From: Octopus vulgaris
Lineage: Eukaryota
Length of the DNA stretch: 64,000 nt
Reading direction: 5' to 3'
Assembly: GCA_951406725.2 (NCBI GenBank)
Contig: OX597816.1
Span: 90,582,001-90,646,000, forward strand
This document shows positions 25,260 through 41,030 of this stretch, one piece after another; the stretch's first letter is position 1, and the number at the start of each line of letters is the position of its first letter. The position numbers were made by a program, and so were the translations under genes. The notes under the pieces were generated by a model that was not told where the DNA came from, did no database searches, and saw only the letters and a program-made list of their open reading frames with translations.

Positions 25260-25550
25260 TATTATCAACCCTATTATCTCCCCTTATTTCGCTCTCGCGT
25301 CTCATGTTTGATCTTTGACCTCTGGCCGAAATCAGATCGCCATGTTGATTCGTTAGCTACTGCACGCATTTTTTTTCTCTCCTTCTTTCTGTTTTTTTTT
25401 CTCTGTGTGTATCTTTCTGTTGAAGAGCGTAGGCTCGAAACGTTAAAGACTTGTTTTATTTATATTTCCTGAGCGCCATACTAATACAATTGTTCGTTTG
25501 TTTTCCACCTGCCTTCGTCTTTTGTCTATTTTCATAAAGCTTCCCGTTAT
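25260..25550 (+). mobile_element. Penelope-like terminal sequence with a minimal hammerhead variant (25412-25449)
   Basis: UCUUU-CUGUUGA-A-GAGC guag GCUC-GAAACGUU-AAAGA. Ends in (TA)n. Same family as 17786-18216 and 46425-46610 (-). Confidence 0.7.
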
Positions 25551-28500
25551 ATATATATATATATACATACGTATATATATATATGTATACATATATACTT
25601 ACACACACACACATATATATACATACATACATACATACATATACATACATACATAAATATAAAGCAACGAAACCTCCAAACTGATCGATGCAACAAAGAA
25701 AGATAGAAAAATTAAAATAAGGAGGAAATAAATTTGAAAAAGAAGAGCTGAGAACCTAATATGACGTGAATAATAGAATACTTAGGAAACTTGGTTATCC
25801 AGTAACGGAAGGGTGACATATTGTAGAAAATGCTACGAGTAAGAATAATTGAGAGCGAAATAAAAGTGATACTAAATTGATGAAAACACAAAGAATTCTT
25901 TTATTATATGTTGATTGTTCCTTTTTACGTATATTCTTCAGCCACCGTCGACCCCTAAACTTCCAATGTAAATACACCACCCTCAACGTCTCAGTTGTTA
26001 TATGTTTAAGGCTGAGATGTAATGAACATTCTCTCATAAGTATTTCGATTCACATTTTAAAATTGCTTTAATAGCTCCAAGACACTCACTGTAACCTTTG
26101 GCAATTTATTCGTTAAAGAAGATGAATAATGTGGATAGTGAGCGTAATGAAAAAGCAGAATAAGAACAGGAAAAGCAGTTTTAGAGTTTTGTTTATCAAT
26201 ACACGTACATAAAAAAATGTCGAGGAATTTTATTCCCAGTGATAAAAGTTCAGAGTAATTGTAACAGAACCTGCTTGGATAAATCAGATGACAATAACGG
26301 AGAAATTAGAAAGGGGAGGGTATAGTAATGTAGAAAAATGTGAGGGTAAGGTGATGTAGAAGAATGAGACGGTATGGTAATGCATAAAATTTAAACGGAA
26401 ATCTTGTATAAAGATTACAATATTAATTAAAAGAAAAATATTTAGTAGATTACTTCATTTCAGCTTTTTTAATCTCCTTTTCCTCTGAGCCCCACTTGAA
26501 GCATTTTATAGTTTGATTTGGCGTAAGAAAATTGTTTATACAGACTTATTTCAAATGTACCCAAAAAAGACCTATATCAATTCAAATATTTTATCCGAGT
26601 TTAATACAAGCTCTCTTGTAATATATTTAGCATGCAGGGTATTTTTCTTTCAGAAATTACTTTGAAGGGAAAGCGAAGTTCACACAATCTTTGTAGGCCT
26701 TCTTAAATTGGTGAGCTAGAAGAGAGAAATAGGAGGGAGAGAGAAAGAAAAGAAGAAAGAGAAAGAGAAGGCAAGAGAGAGAGTTCTTTGCTATTTTGAA
26801 GAAGAAAAATTATTTAAAGGCAATTTCTGTCTCAGAAGAAAAAGGCTATTTTATCGATATTCTCTGGCATCAAGATGACCAGAGGTTGTGAAGGTTAGCA
26901 TACGTAAAGTTAGTGGAGGTTTTTGTTGTGAGATGTCTCTGAGTAGAGATGGTGTGGTGTAGTAAGTAGTTTTTAAAATTATATGGGTAGGGATTGTGTC
27001 TTTGTGCTGTTGAATGGAATCAGGTTGTCATGCATTAAATGGTTGATGATTTCAAGGTGTTTGTGAATAGATGTAGTGCAAGTCAAGCGTGAGGTGTCTA
27101 TGTTGTGCGTCGATTATGCCTGTACGTGAAGTATGGAAAGAGTGAAGATGACATAAGCATCATAAATATAATCGACTCTAGACATGTGCCGACACTACCT
27201 TGTAATGGGAAGTCAGACAGCAATTCAGAGGTCGAGAGATCTTTTCACACTTTTTTTGGCTTTTCCGATGGTCACCGGTAATCTGAGAAAAACCTCCCAG
27301 TCGATAATGGTAGGGATTTTCCTATAGGATTTATGGGTTATCTGCATAACTTACAAAACGGAGTACATCTGCAGGTGAACCACCTGTGGCAATTTGGTAG
27401 TGATACAAAGGTGGGATTTGAACCCGGAAAGTAAATGGGCGTAATGAAATAAATACTAGATAGCAATTACTTGTTACTCCATCGTTCCTCTCACTCCATC
27501 ATAGTGACACATTTATCAAGGTGCGATAATTGAAAGTATATTAATATAAGTGTATGAATAATATTAGTATATGAATATAAAGTGGTGTCTTTAACAAAAT
27601 ATTCGGCATGCATATAAACCAACAAAAATAGATTGCTATTTTTTTCTTAAAAAAGACAGGAACGCGTTGCACTGTCAAAAATGTAAATGGGGAATTATTT
27701 AAGTATACAAATACAAGAGAACAATGAAAAATAACATTGTAAAATTCCACTTAACAGAGCAACACCATCATATATAAAAAAGATTATAGGAGAATATGAC
27801 CTTCTTATAGATGACTGACATACACATTTAAAAAGTAAGTGAAACCATTAAACAATTATGAAAATTACAAAGCATCAGGGTGAAGTTGCTCAAAAGTTGC
27901 TGACAACTGGTGTAAACCATACACCAATATAGCTTACTATGTTATTCAACAAAAAAATTTCTTGGTTATGTTAAGAATACGTGGTACCATAAAAGGTCAT
28001 CAGAGATTATAAAATTTAGCACTTTGTAGTAATGTCATATTTCAGCTGTTTTGTTTATGATTGTGAGGATAGAAGCAATGGGTTTATTTTCTTTTGTGTT
28101 TAGTGTTGAAGATGTCAAGTCACTCTTCTAGGATATATCTTAAGTTTGTGTTCATGGGGTATATAAAGCGTAGTGATAGGTGATGTGTGTAGATGGCGTC
28201 AAAGTATGAGATTAGAGGTGATGACAAATTGCTAGTTAAGAGCCCGCAGAAGATTTATAAAAGCTTAGAGAAAGACGCATATGTGAAAAGTCCGCAGCCT
28301 TTAAGTGCGATGTTTTGTCAGAAGGTTCTCAAGCCAGAGATAATCGCAGGCTTTATTAATATCAAGAGTAAGAGATTACTGGTGTATGACGCCTAAGAAA
28401 AGATCACAAATAGAATATTAAAAACCCCCCAAAAAAACAACAAAAAGCAAAAAAACACTGATTGTTATTGAGAAGAGAGAGATAGTGATGTTGGTGAAGT

Positions 28501-29140
28501 TAATGATCATCTCTGACCTTTTATATTGCCTTTGAGGAATTAGAAGTGTTACAGATATTAAGATCTTGGTCACCGAATTTCCTTGATGCTTAATTAGCTT
28601 GTGTAAGAAGGAAGTAAAGCAAGACAAAATTTTGTGAGACTAGGAACAAATACAGAAACAAATGCACCTATTCAGTACAATACCTGTGGTGCGGGTAATG
28701 AATTTCAGAAAAAAGTATCTTTGAGTTTGTGCGTGAAAGATAGAATTTTAGGTCGCATTGTCTTTCGATAGAGCTATACGAAATGATGTGTAGATAAAAT
28801 CGCATTCTGCCTAATTACTGAACCAGTATAGCATCCACTAATTCATTGATAATCGATTCTTCAATGTTTTGAGAAGCACTTGTTATTGGTTTTCGAGGCC
28901 TTTAGGAAAGGCATGAACAACGTTACCTCAATTAACCGAAGGAGAAAAGTATGTAGAAATAGACCTTTGCAAATACTTGTCTAGAGTTATATATCCATCG
29001 ACATTGCTAAGTTAATTGCCAATATCGGATTGTTAAGCGTATAGAATGCACACACTTTTACAAACACATACACAGATACACACAGACAACCACCTCCATG
29101 TGTATACACACACATGCTCTTACGCATACACACAGACACG

Positions 29141-29203
<63 letters not shown>

Positions 29204-30736
29204 AAAGCTCATTCTTGCCTACGATTTGATTAACAAGAGTCTGCTTTGTGTTTCAATAAATAATCAGCCTGTTTTACTGATCAGTGACGTGTACGGACTA
29301 TATAAATACAGTTAACATTTCAGAAGTATACACATTAAAACTGAATGTGATGCAGACAACGAGAACTGGTGCGCAAGGATAAATATTTTGGTTAAAAGAT
29401 TACACATTTTAAAAATGAGTGATGACATTTGATTGAACTACTTCTCAACTAAGATTCAGTGTGAGGCTGATGATATGGATGGGAACACACACACACACTC
29501 ACACGCGCACATGCATCGAGGAGGCATTGATATGCTGAATGATGTGTGTAAAACATATTAATAAATTGAAATTTGCTTCTCAGAGAAAAGAGATATGTAA
29601 GCCTGGTAGCAATTGTTGAAAACGGACAGTGAGTAAAGGTCTTTTCAAGATATCAAGAATTAATTTTCAGAAATTGATAAATATGTAACGTATGTTTGCA
29701 AGCGTTTATATATGTATGCATGTATGTGTGTTTGTATGTATGCATGTTTGTATGTATGTATATAGAAGGATAGACGAATGTGTCTTTCTGTGCACATACA
29801 TAAATACGTATGTGTATGTATGAATGTGTGTATGTAGACACACACACACATATATATATACACACATACATGCACATGTAACACATATATATTAGCATCG
29901 AGTTTGCAGAGTTGTTAGAGCATCAGGTCGGATGTCTTGGAGTATTTGTTCCACTCTCTTGTTTCGGAGTTCATATATTGCTCCCTCTCACAACATATAT
30001 AATTATATATAGACGGAAACTGAAAGAAGCCCGTCGTATATATGTATATATATATGTGTGTGTGTATGTTTATGTGTCTGTGTTTGTCCCCCTAACATCG
30101 CTTGACAACCGATGGTGGTGTGTTTACGTCCCCGTAACTTAGCGGTTCGGCAAAATACACCGATAGAATAAGTACTAGGCTCCCAAAGAATAAGTCTTAG
30201 GGTCGATTTACATTAATTTATCCATGATGCTGGCCAGTTTAACGAAACCCATATCTATGTGTTGTGGAGACACAATGGCACAGTGGTTAGGACAGTAGAC
30301 TCGCGGTCGGAGGATCGCGGTTTCGATTCCCAGACTGGGCGTTGTATGTGTTTATTGAGCGAAAACACCTAAAAGCTCCACGAGGCTTCGGTAGGGGTGG
30401 TGGCGACCCCTGTTGTACTCTTTCGCCACAACTTCTCTCACTCTCTCTTCCTGTTTCTTTAGTAACGCTGCGATAGTCTGGCGTCCCATCCAGCTGTGGG
30501 GGAACACATACGCTACAGAAACCGGGAAACCGGGCCCATGAGCCTGGCTAGGCTTGAAAAGGGCGACGTTTATCGTTTATATATGTGTTAGTGAAGCAAA
30601 CCTCTCTTAATCACTCAGCTATGCTTGCGCGGGCAAATTCTTTTTATAAATATATTTTGAAAGGAGTATCTTCAAAGCAACCACCGTTTTAAGTCTTGCT
30701 TTTCATTTCTGGCAGTTTATAGAATATTTTCTCAGC

Positions 30737-30933
30737 TACCGTATTTTCTGGCACATAAATCCAATTTTTCAGACAGAAATTTAGAGCCAAAAATTGAAGG
30801 TCGACTTTTACACCAAGACGACTTTGGAAGACCAAAAATTCCATGTGAAATGCAGCAGGATTTGGAAAGATAGTAACGATGTTTGACTGTTTACACTATA
30901 TACTACATCGCCCTGTATGCCGGAAACACAGTA
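30737..30933. mobile_element. About 200-bp MITE (pogo/Tc1-like ends); second copy at about 39745-39931
   Basis: taccgtattttctggca...tgccggaaacacagta termini, and shared internal aattttcagac and gatgtttga motifs. Confidence 0.6.
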
Positions 30934-30961
30934 TTTCGTCTATATAGGAATAAAAATAAAA

Positions 30962-30998
<37 letters not shown>

Positions 30999-31988
30999 CA
31001 AGCAAGTAACATGAACAGCTCACATTATCTGCAATTTCGTTTAAGAGAGTCATACGACTACTACTATTTCTAAATTATTGATGGCCAGTTTTCACATGTA
31101 TGAAACTTCATATTATTTATAAACACAACAAACGTTGGTGTGTTAATTCTATAGATATACCTTTCTACTCGAAAACAAATGCAATATGTATTTAATTATA
31201 TGTAAATTATTTAAAATTATTCTGTAACAAATTTCATCAAACTAACCTTTAATTATTTCACTTACAATAATTTCATGTTCAGAATCATTACTTGATAGTT
31301 TAGTATTTAATTTAATCATTAATAACTTTATAATCTAATTATCAACTAATAGTCTTCAAATAGTTAGACTTCATTTTATTCTAATAATAATGCTGTTTCG
31401 CGTTTAATTCCCTTTATAATTATTTTAAAGAAATCGAGTACTTAGCCATACATATATAGATACACACACACACATACATAAAAACAGACATAATATATAC
31501 ATGCATAATTACATACATATTTACATACATATACGGGCGCACACATAAGTGTGTGTTCTATTCTTAAATAAATAAATAAATAGAAATTGGATTACAATCC
31601 ACAGTAGTTTACTTGTGCGCAACGATATTGTTTTGCATTTGGTCGATAGGTCACACGATGCAAGTCTATGGAACTCCTAGTGGAATAAATAATCGAATAA
31701 TAAGCCCAAACCGAGTTTCAGAGTCCTGCGAGAAGAAATACCAAACATTTCACCGTCGTCGGCCACTACCAATCTCTTCTAATCTTAGCGATTATATTTG
31801 AATAAATAATAATCCACTAAGTAGTTTCATGAGAAGCGTGAAATAACAGTTAATGGAAAAAGAAAGAAAGAAATTTAATAGATCAACAAAGGATATTAAA
31901 TTAGACTAAAACGAGGAAAGAAAGAGAACAGAGCATAAGGAATTAAAACACACACACACACACACATACACTCGCACTCGCGCGCGCG

Positions 31989-32029
<41 letters not shown>

Positions 32030-32034
32030 GCGTA

Positions 32035-32600
32035 GACGAAGAAAAGGTCAAGAGAGACTGCCCGGTCTTTGAGTTGTCAAAAACTTTCCCGTGGCTGCCT
32101 CGTTGACAATGTCTGCTGGAAGGAAATTCCCAAATCTGATAGTTTACGAGTTATACATCAAGGGTATTTCTTCCTCTTGTTGGGAATATGACGACTTGAT
32201 AGATAGCTGCTCCGGTAACTGGTGGGTGGGTGATGGGTTTTGGTTCTGATGACGCTAAGCTTTGCTTCGTTAGATGAGTAGACTTCCTCGGCTGTCAAGC
32301 ATTTCCTAAAAATGATTACAACCCCACACCAACCATGTTTGAGATCTTTACGGAAACAAGTATGTAATTCCGGCAAAGAATTGTGGTCTTTGATGTTGAG
32401 GGAGAGTTGTGACTCTCTTCCAATTAGCACGTCAATGCTTTTGTAGTTTGTAGTTTTCGTCGGATTATTTTGTGCTGATTCCCATGTAGACGGTATCTTT
32501 TGTGATTGAATTTGGTCTCAAGTTCTGCGTTTTCTACAGAATGAAGCAGCACGTTGAAAATATCTTCTGGTGTTTCTGATTTTTTAAAATTAACGGATGA
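32035..32600 (-). mobile_element. LINE apurinic-endonuclease domain remnant
   Basis: LIGRESQLSLNIKD..LPELHTCFRKD..HGWCGVVI resembles APE motifs (I.GTESWL...FRKDR...GGGV). SLDLF lies downstream. Confidence 0.6.
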
Positions 32601-33455
32601 AGTAATTTGATGTTGGTTAATTACAGAGGTTCCCTAGCAATGTTAGTTGATGCCTGACATCACTTATAAGATGTTCTTACTTCGCTTACAGTTCTATGCT
32701 TACGATGTTTGTAGGCGAAATCAAACGTTATATTTTAAATCTCCTTAGCAGTTCTTTTGTAGTTTTATGGCAAATTTGTATCGTTAATGATATTCATTTA
32801 GATTCAAATATATTCTTTTTTCTTTGTAGCAAATGTGATTAGCAGTCCGGGAGCCAGTGAAGCATAAAAAGTACATGATTTCATGTTGAGTGTTTCAAGC
32901 TAATAAGTTTGAAGTATAGTTCCAGGGAAAAGGATCCACTTTGTTTTGTAATTTGTTTAGTAAATTGTTATTCTATTTATTTCTCATTTTGCTGGTTTCA
33001 AAAGAATTTTGCTATGAATAATTTGGAATAATTTTACATGGTTGTTTCTTTCATTGTCTCAACTGGTAAATTAGAACTACTACATCGAGGAATTATTATT
33101 GATTACTTTAATTGTTTCTAGAGCACACACTCGTGATATTCCGTTGTATTGCCTTATTTCAACAATGTCCTGACACTACTACGTCATCTCAGGAAATTTG
33201 GTATTTTCCCTGAGTGTAAATCCGACGAATTTTACAATTTCAAACGATTTTGGAGTCTGCACTTGCATACAATCTCATTTCTCCTTTTGAGAAAACATGT
33301 TTACGCGATGACATTGTCATTTTTTTTCTCTCTTAACAACCGAGATGAACACTTCCCAAAACTATTATTATTACCCAGCTGGATATTGTTGTTTGGGACA
33401 GAGGAGCAAAGGTATGTACCATCATAGAGGTCAGCTGCTGTGCAAGTATAAATAT

Positions 33456-33494
<39 letters not shown>

Positions 33495-33689
33495 CACACA
33501 CATACAAACATACATACACACTGCCTAAATACCAGTCTTGAAAAATTAGGCTTCTCAAAACCAGAAAGAAGAAAGCTAATTCGAAGACTACAGATATAAT
33601 CCATCACTGTAATTGTAAAATTCTGTAAAACTTTCCAGAAGTTTATCATTTAAATATATATGAGCATGTCTAGATATGCTGAGAAATGT

Positions 33690-34100
33690 CTAGGGCTGGG
33701 AAATATTTCAGACTTAAAATTGTTGACACGCTATAAACCTCAATTAAGGCTCATAATGAATTAGTGTTACCACATGTGGGATGGTGCAGTTGATATCCTG
33801 GACTACGTCCAGAGAAGGGCTACTCGACTAACTGAAATTCAGACTCTAATGAACAGTCCCTGACTTTGGCCCACATACATGTTGTCTCCCCTTTCTGTCT
33901 TTTCCTTCTACCTCTTTCTCTCAGGCACTCTCAACACACACATGTCTCCACCTCTGGTATTTCTTGTTGCCACTAGGCCTCGCAGTAACATTTATATTTA
34001 GTCCTACCTAACATAAACATTCAAAAATATCTTTCTTACCTATACATTTCCCGCATATCAATTTACATCAATTTAGATGCAATTACATCAATTTCACCGG
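33690..34100 (+). mobile_element. LINE RT C-terminal remnant
   Basis: YKPQLRLIMN*CYHMWDGAVDILDYVQRRATRL resembles YK..VRP.MEYC..W......LD.VQRRA.R. Confidence 0.6.
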
Positions 34101-34157
34101 TCTCGGAGGGCCTGTAAATTTGATGGGCACTGCCCCTTTCATCCAAACTCTGTAATC

Positions 34158-34207
<50 letters not shown>

Positions 34208-34859
34208 GCACACGCACATGCATTGATTTATGAATTAATTTCAAAGCAATACAATTCGTTGGAAAAATAAATAAAAAGCTTGTTTGACGTTTAGGATTTG
34301 ATGGCCATAGTATTGTATGATGGTCGTAGATTCCCTGCTCTTACTATGAAGAACAGGCTTAATTTCTAAGTCGATTTCCGATTTCCTTGGTGACTAAGAA
34401 TACCAATACTGTTTCATGTCTCTTACTGTTTTGAAGTTTATGGTTATCGATTCCATGATTGTATCACCGTGAAATTTTCACATGTAAAAATATAAATTCT
34501 TAGAAAATTCGTTACCTTATTCTATACACATGCAGATACACGCATATACACGCCTACATATCAACATACACATTCACACACACACATATATACATACAAC
34601 ATGCACAAACACTTAAAGGCCCAGTGAATACCAAGGCACCAATACTATTTACGTATATCATCGATTCCCACTGTTCATTTCGTCTCAAATCATCAAATAA
34701 ATGTTATTTTTTGGAAGTATTCCCCAGAACATAACATTCAACGCGATAAGGGAAACTGGCTTAATTCAATACATATAAAAATGTATGGAGAAAAATAAAT
34801 AGATAGGACGATGGACAGATACGGAGACAGAGAAGGAGTAAGAGGGAAAGAGATAGATT

Positions 34860-34922
<63 letters not shown>

Positions 34923-35165
34923 TAACAAAGGAAGAAAGAATGAATTTTTACATTTTATTCTGATAAAGCTAGAATTATCAAAGTTAATTAGTCTATTGTT
35001 TTTGTTAACAAGATGTAATTGTATTTTTGCCGTTAGATGTTAAATGAAAGGCTGAAAAATTATCTAGTTTCTGGAATAGCGCAGTAAACTAATAATAATA
35101 AAATATACAGTTAGGGTTCCAATAACAATTGTCTAAATAAAGAAATAGTACTCACATTAATGACC

Positions 35166-35258
<93 letters not shown>

Positions 35259-35360
35259 CACACACACACACACACACACATATGTATATAAATGTTTCAT
35301 ATGTATAATGTATATACATATATACGTATGTATATCAATATATATATATATACACTGTGT

Positions 35361-35403
<43 letters not shown>

Positions 35404-36848
35404 AAGTATTTATATTCATGCAGTGATACCAAAGAAATAGTAAATAAAAAGGAAGAGCTTTTTTCGTCAGCAATTAACCTACTTATCATTCGAGGAACTT
35501 CAGGAAGTTGAAATGGTCTCCATATCTACAATAAAGGTATTAGGCTCCTTTTCCCTAGTTTAATATATTACACCTTCTATAGCATTGAACATAAATACCA
35601 CAGGTCTTAGGGAATTGTTATTATCCAGAAATATAATTGTTTTTCTTAGGAATAATGGTTTCTTTAATTCGTCAATTAATTTCGATGTCTAAAATGTAAT
35701 TTCTCAAATGATGTTCCTTTCAATGTTAAGCGCCCGTCCGTCCATTTATCGCTCCAGCCATCTATACGGTGTTCGTATGTTTTTTCTATCTTATGTCTGC
35801 TTTTGCATTTCTTGTTTTCATGTTTCATGTGTTCATGCTTTCATTTTGGGCGTATGCACATACTTTCAAGTTACGTTATTGAGAAATTAAGAAATTAATT
35901 GGATGTAAGAAACCGAGATTTCAATATTTGAATTGTAACATCAAAGAAATAATTTTGTAATGTTTGAGTATACAAAATGGCGAACTGACAGGGTCGTTAG
36001 GGCGTCAGATAGGACTTGCAGTATTTGTTCGAACTCTCTGCGAACCGAGTTCAAAACTCACTGAAACGAACTTTACTTTTCATCCTTTCGAGGTCGATAA
36101 AAAAGAGCCAATCTTAGGTGGTGAACAGACAGAACCTTGGGAAAACATCGGTGGTGTAGAGAGAAGAGAGACTTGTATGCATGGACAACTGCTAGTCTGC
36201 CTCTAAATAATCTTGCCCAGTCTGCGCATATATGTGCAGGTACATGATCAACCTTTCAAAGGAGCCCTATGCAAAGAAGCCCTATGCAAAGGGGCTGCTA
36301 GAAAATTTGTAAAAGAAATATATGCTGTTCTCCACACAGGAGAAACTGAAATAAAAACAAAGAAATTTCTTTGAAAATAAATCCTTTTAGTTGATTAGAG
36401 GTACTAAAAAGAAACTCCATTCATTTATGTTTGGTTGATATTGACTGATGAGTGGTATTTGCTCTGCTCTGGTTGAACAGGTCTCCAGCTGCATTTATCA
36501 TGTCTCTCAATGTCCAGCGTATCGTCTTTTTTTTATGTAAAACGGTATGGCGTGTCTTTGATGGAGATTGGATCACTATTTCTAAAAGTCTGGTCTACTG
36601 TTGTTTCGTATGCTTTACATTGACAAATGAAGGAAAACAGAGCTAAAAATGATACTTTAATGTTGAAAATGGTTTAGATGCATTTAAACAGGGGAACTTG
36701 TGTTCAGAAACGGTGTGTTAACTTACGACGTGTTTAGCTGTTACACTGAAGTGAAATCAAATATTTTTGAGGAACATTTCGTAGACAAGAGAAAAAGTTT
36801 CACAGGGAAAGGAAACGCACACCTGAATTCTGACAGACAAGAAGGAAC

Positions 36849-36885
36849 GTATATTTCGACTCCTTTTAGAGTCTTCGTCAGCAGC
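36849..36885 (-). ncRNA. Minimal hammerhead core on the Wnt sense strand
   Basis: CUGACGA-A-GACUC uaaaag GAGUC-GAAAUAUA with palindromic AUAU stem III. Stem I is only about 2 bp. Confidence 0.5.
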
Positions 36886-37462
36886 TGAGTGCAAACAGAC
36901 TGCATATAACTCAACTAACATTAGATTTTAAACTGGATAGTTCAAGAAAGTGTTAAAATGTAAAAAGTGTGGAAATTGGTTTATCGATACTACTTTAACT
37001 CCTAATACGGCATACTACTTATCATAATGCTCTACTTTGCATATGATCTATATCTCCAGTTTGCGCAAACTATATATTTATACATATTTATACAAACACA
37101 CACACACACACACATTCTAACGATAGTAGAATTAATTATCTAGGTCGTTCAATTTTTCTCAACTGATCAAGGTAAACTTACCAATAACGAACCTATAACG
37201 ACTACCGGAAACAACTGTAAGTCAAATTTACTTTGATAAAGAAAAATATGTAATGACCATTATTTATGCCTTGTCTTGTTTTTCACTAGGTAAATGGGGC
37301 ACAACCATGGATTTACGATATAGAATGGCGATGAACTATAACCTCGGACCCTGCCACAAGAATACGCAGAGTTCTTTACTCAACAATATTGCTAGCCTGG
37401 TGTACTAACAGAAAAATTATAAAGTATTTTGCCCGGCTTGATAATCCCTCCTATTAAAACTG

Positions 37463-38128
<666 letters not shown>

Positions 38129-39124
38129 ATATCATATATAATTCTTAAACAAGAATATCATTGGCAGTGACTTCTAAGTTCTGCCGAAACTTCGATGTCA
38201 CTGCCAGTAATATTCTTGTTTAAGAATAATAAATTTGTACTCTACAAAAGAGTGTAGAGTAATCCATGAGATTAATGTAACGTTGTTTCTATTATATTAT
38301 AACTGAATATAAAAGTAAACACACAAACACACACACACATACACGCACATTCTAATCAATTATCACTTAAAAGCCAAAGTCTTGATTTATTTCAGGCAGA
38401 TCTGTTTTCAGCTGTGAGTTGTACGTTAAGGAAAGAAAAAGAATTTGAAAGAGGAATGCATCGATAATAAATGGAGTAATAGATGGAAGATTAAAAGTTA
38501 GACATTCACAGTTTATGAATTCTTTGTGCAATATATACAGAAAGAATGTAACATCTTTGCTGTGATATATTTGGAACCTAAGCTGAAATTATGAGCGTAA
38601 ATGTAAGCTAGAAAACAATCCTCTACGTAAATGGTTCTGTGAAGTGTTTCGAAAAAAAAAAAAAACATCGTTGTGAGACAAATATGCATGCTCAATAAGA
38701 TCATATCCCTGAATAAACATAAAAATCAATTCGAGCCGAAAATTTACCCTAATTGCCGACAGGTTGAATATTTAGCTTCAGTATTGTAGCAGGATGTCAG
38801 CATTATAGTAGTAGACAACAAAAGCTATGTCCACTTAATAGATTGATCAATGAAAGGAGGCTATTCAATAGATAGACCAATAAAAATGTTAGGGATACAA
38901 TGGGACATAATTATTTGATCATCTGATTTCAGGGTCTGAAACGTGAGAGACCAAAGAAAAAATACCCCATCCCACCCCCACAAAAAACGGAAGTTTAAAT
39001 TATATAGGAATAGATTTTACACTATATATTGAATACTATTTTGATTACAATGCTTAACATTTTTTGTACATATATATATTTGCCTATTTGTATGCATGCA
39101 TATAAATGTGTGCGTATATATTTA

Positions 39125-39180
<56 letters not shown>

Positions 39181-39240
39181 TTTATATAGGAGAGAGAGAG
39201 AAAGAGGAAGAGGGATAGACCATAATACTTTATATATATA

Positions 39241-39279
<39 letters not shown>

Positions 39280-40674
39280 GGATGGTGGGAAGAGAGAAAG
39301 AGTAAAAGAGGTAAATACGAGGGAAGAAGAAATAAAGATGTTAGAAAATAGATTAGGAAATGGTTAGTTTGGGCGTTCGAGTTGGAAAGAGCTGGGACTC
39401 TGGCCTGATGAACACGTTTCATGCAACACTGGTCAACTTCTGAAAACCTTTCAGTAACATATCTGACTCAATAGTTAAGCGATGTAAAAGCACTTCGGTG
39501 TTAGTCACTCTTAGAAAAGTTCTATGGTTGGCAATAAAGTATAGTTTAGCAATCAGACTACAATTGTAGTTCTGCTCATATTTCATCGTAGCAGTAATTT
39601 TCATGAAAATTTATATACTGTTGAGCTTGAAAATATCTTAAAAATTAAAATAGTCACACACACACTATAATCACACAAATTGAAACAATCAGAGAAACAA
39701 GAAGATTGCAAAAAGAATGCCAAACTTCGTACTATTTTCCATAAACCGTATTTTCTGGCAAACAAATGGAAATTTTCAGACCAAAATTTACGTCTTATAC
39801 GCCATGACATCTTTGGAGGACTAAAAATTCCTTTTGAAATGAAGCAGAATTTGGAAAGCTAGAGATGTTTGAATGTTTGTACTATGTTTACACCATAGAC
39901 TACGTAGACTGGTTTGCAGGAAAATACAGTACCAAAAATGCATGAGAATTCTATGTAGCTTTTTCCTCGTAATTCCTTAACTTCAAATTCATATTTCTAA
40001 TCCATGCTATAATCAAAAAATTATTATCTCCCTTGAAATTGCTGCTAGCACTAAGCTAACCATGTATATTTAAGATGCATGTATTATAAGAAAATATGCA
40101 AGAGTTAAGGAAGACTAGAAAAGATTCGAAAGCAATCTTTTTTCTGGGATAGTGATAAAAATATTGATAAATTAAACCATATATGAACTAATCTAGAACA
40201 TCTTAACACATATTAGCATATTCTATGAACTACAAAAAAAAAAAAGGTGTAGCTTAAAAATTTCTGGAAGAGCATCCGAAGGTCAGAAAAGTAGAGAAGT
40301 AGTTTTTTGCCTACAAATATATCGAGCAGATGTAACTTCCGGGTTAGCCAACTGTGAGAACTGACTTGATAGTAATTTTCAGTTAGTCCGTTTCAATTAC
40401 CTTTTGAACGATGCCCTTGGAACTAGCAAGACTATTATAAAATGCCGCGTTCTTTCTACTGTAATTGTTCACTTTATGTCTACAACTTTCATTGTGGTCA
40501 ACATCATAAATATAGATGAACTCTACCATGTTACATTTTTGATTTAGCACAAAGTCTAATGTCTTTAGTAATACATCATTTCGATAAATTACAAAATCTT
40601 TATTGTCTCTTTCAAGCGTTGAAAGCTTACCTAGGTAAAATTTGTAAAACGATTATATCGTAGAAATAATTTTC

Positions 40675-41030
40675 TCTAGATTTTGGCACAAGACCAACAA
40701 TTTTAAGGGGTGAGAGAAGTCGATTACATCGATGAAAGTGTTCTACTGGTACTTATTTTATCGACGCCGAAAGGATGAAAAGCAAAACTCGGTGGAATTT
40801 AAACTCAGAACGTAGGGACGGATGAAATACCGCTAAGCATTTTCTCTGGCGTGCAAACGTTTCTGACTGCTCACAACCTTACATCGTAGAAATATTGATT
40901 TTTAATATTGGTACAAAGCCTCAAACTTGAGGGAGGGGATACGATCAATTATATTGATAGCAGTACTTGACTGGTACTCTATTCTATCGAATTCAAAGGG
41001 ACGAAAGTTGACCGCAGCAGGATTTGAATT
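40675..41030 (-). mobile_element. Two family A SINEs downstream of the Wnt exon
   Basis: Family A core and head motifs. Confidence 0.8.

Noticed and set aside
26400-28700. Strand-biased region that may be an old LINE
   Set aside because: No convincing protein motif could be read by eye, so it was left unannotated.
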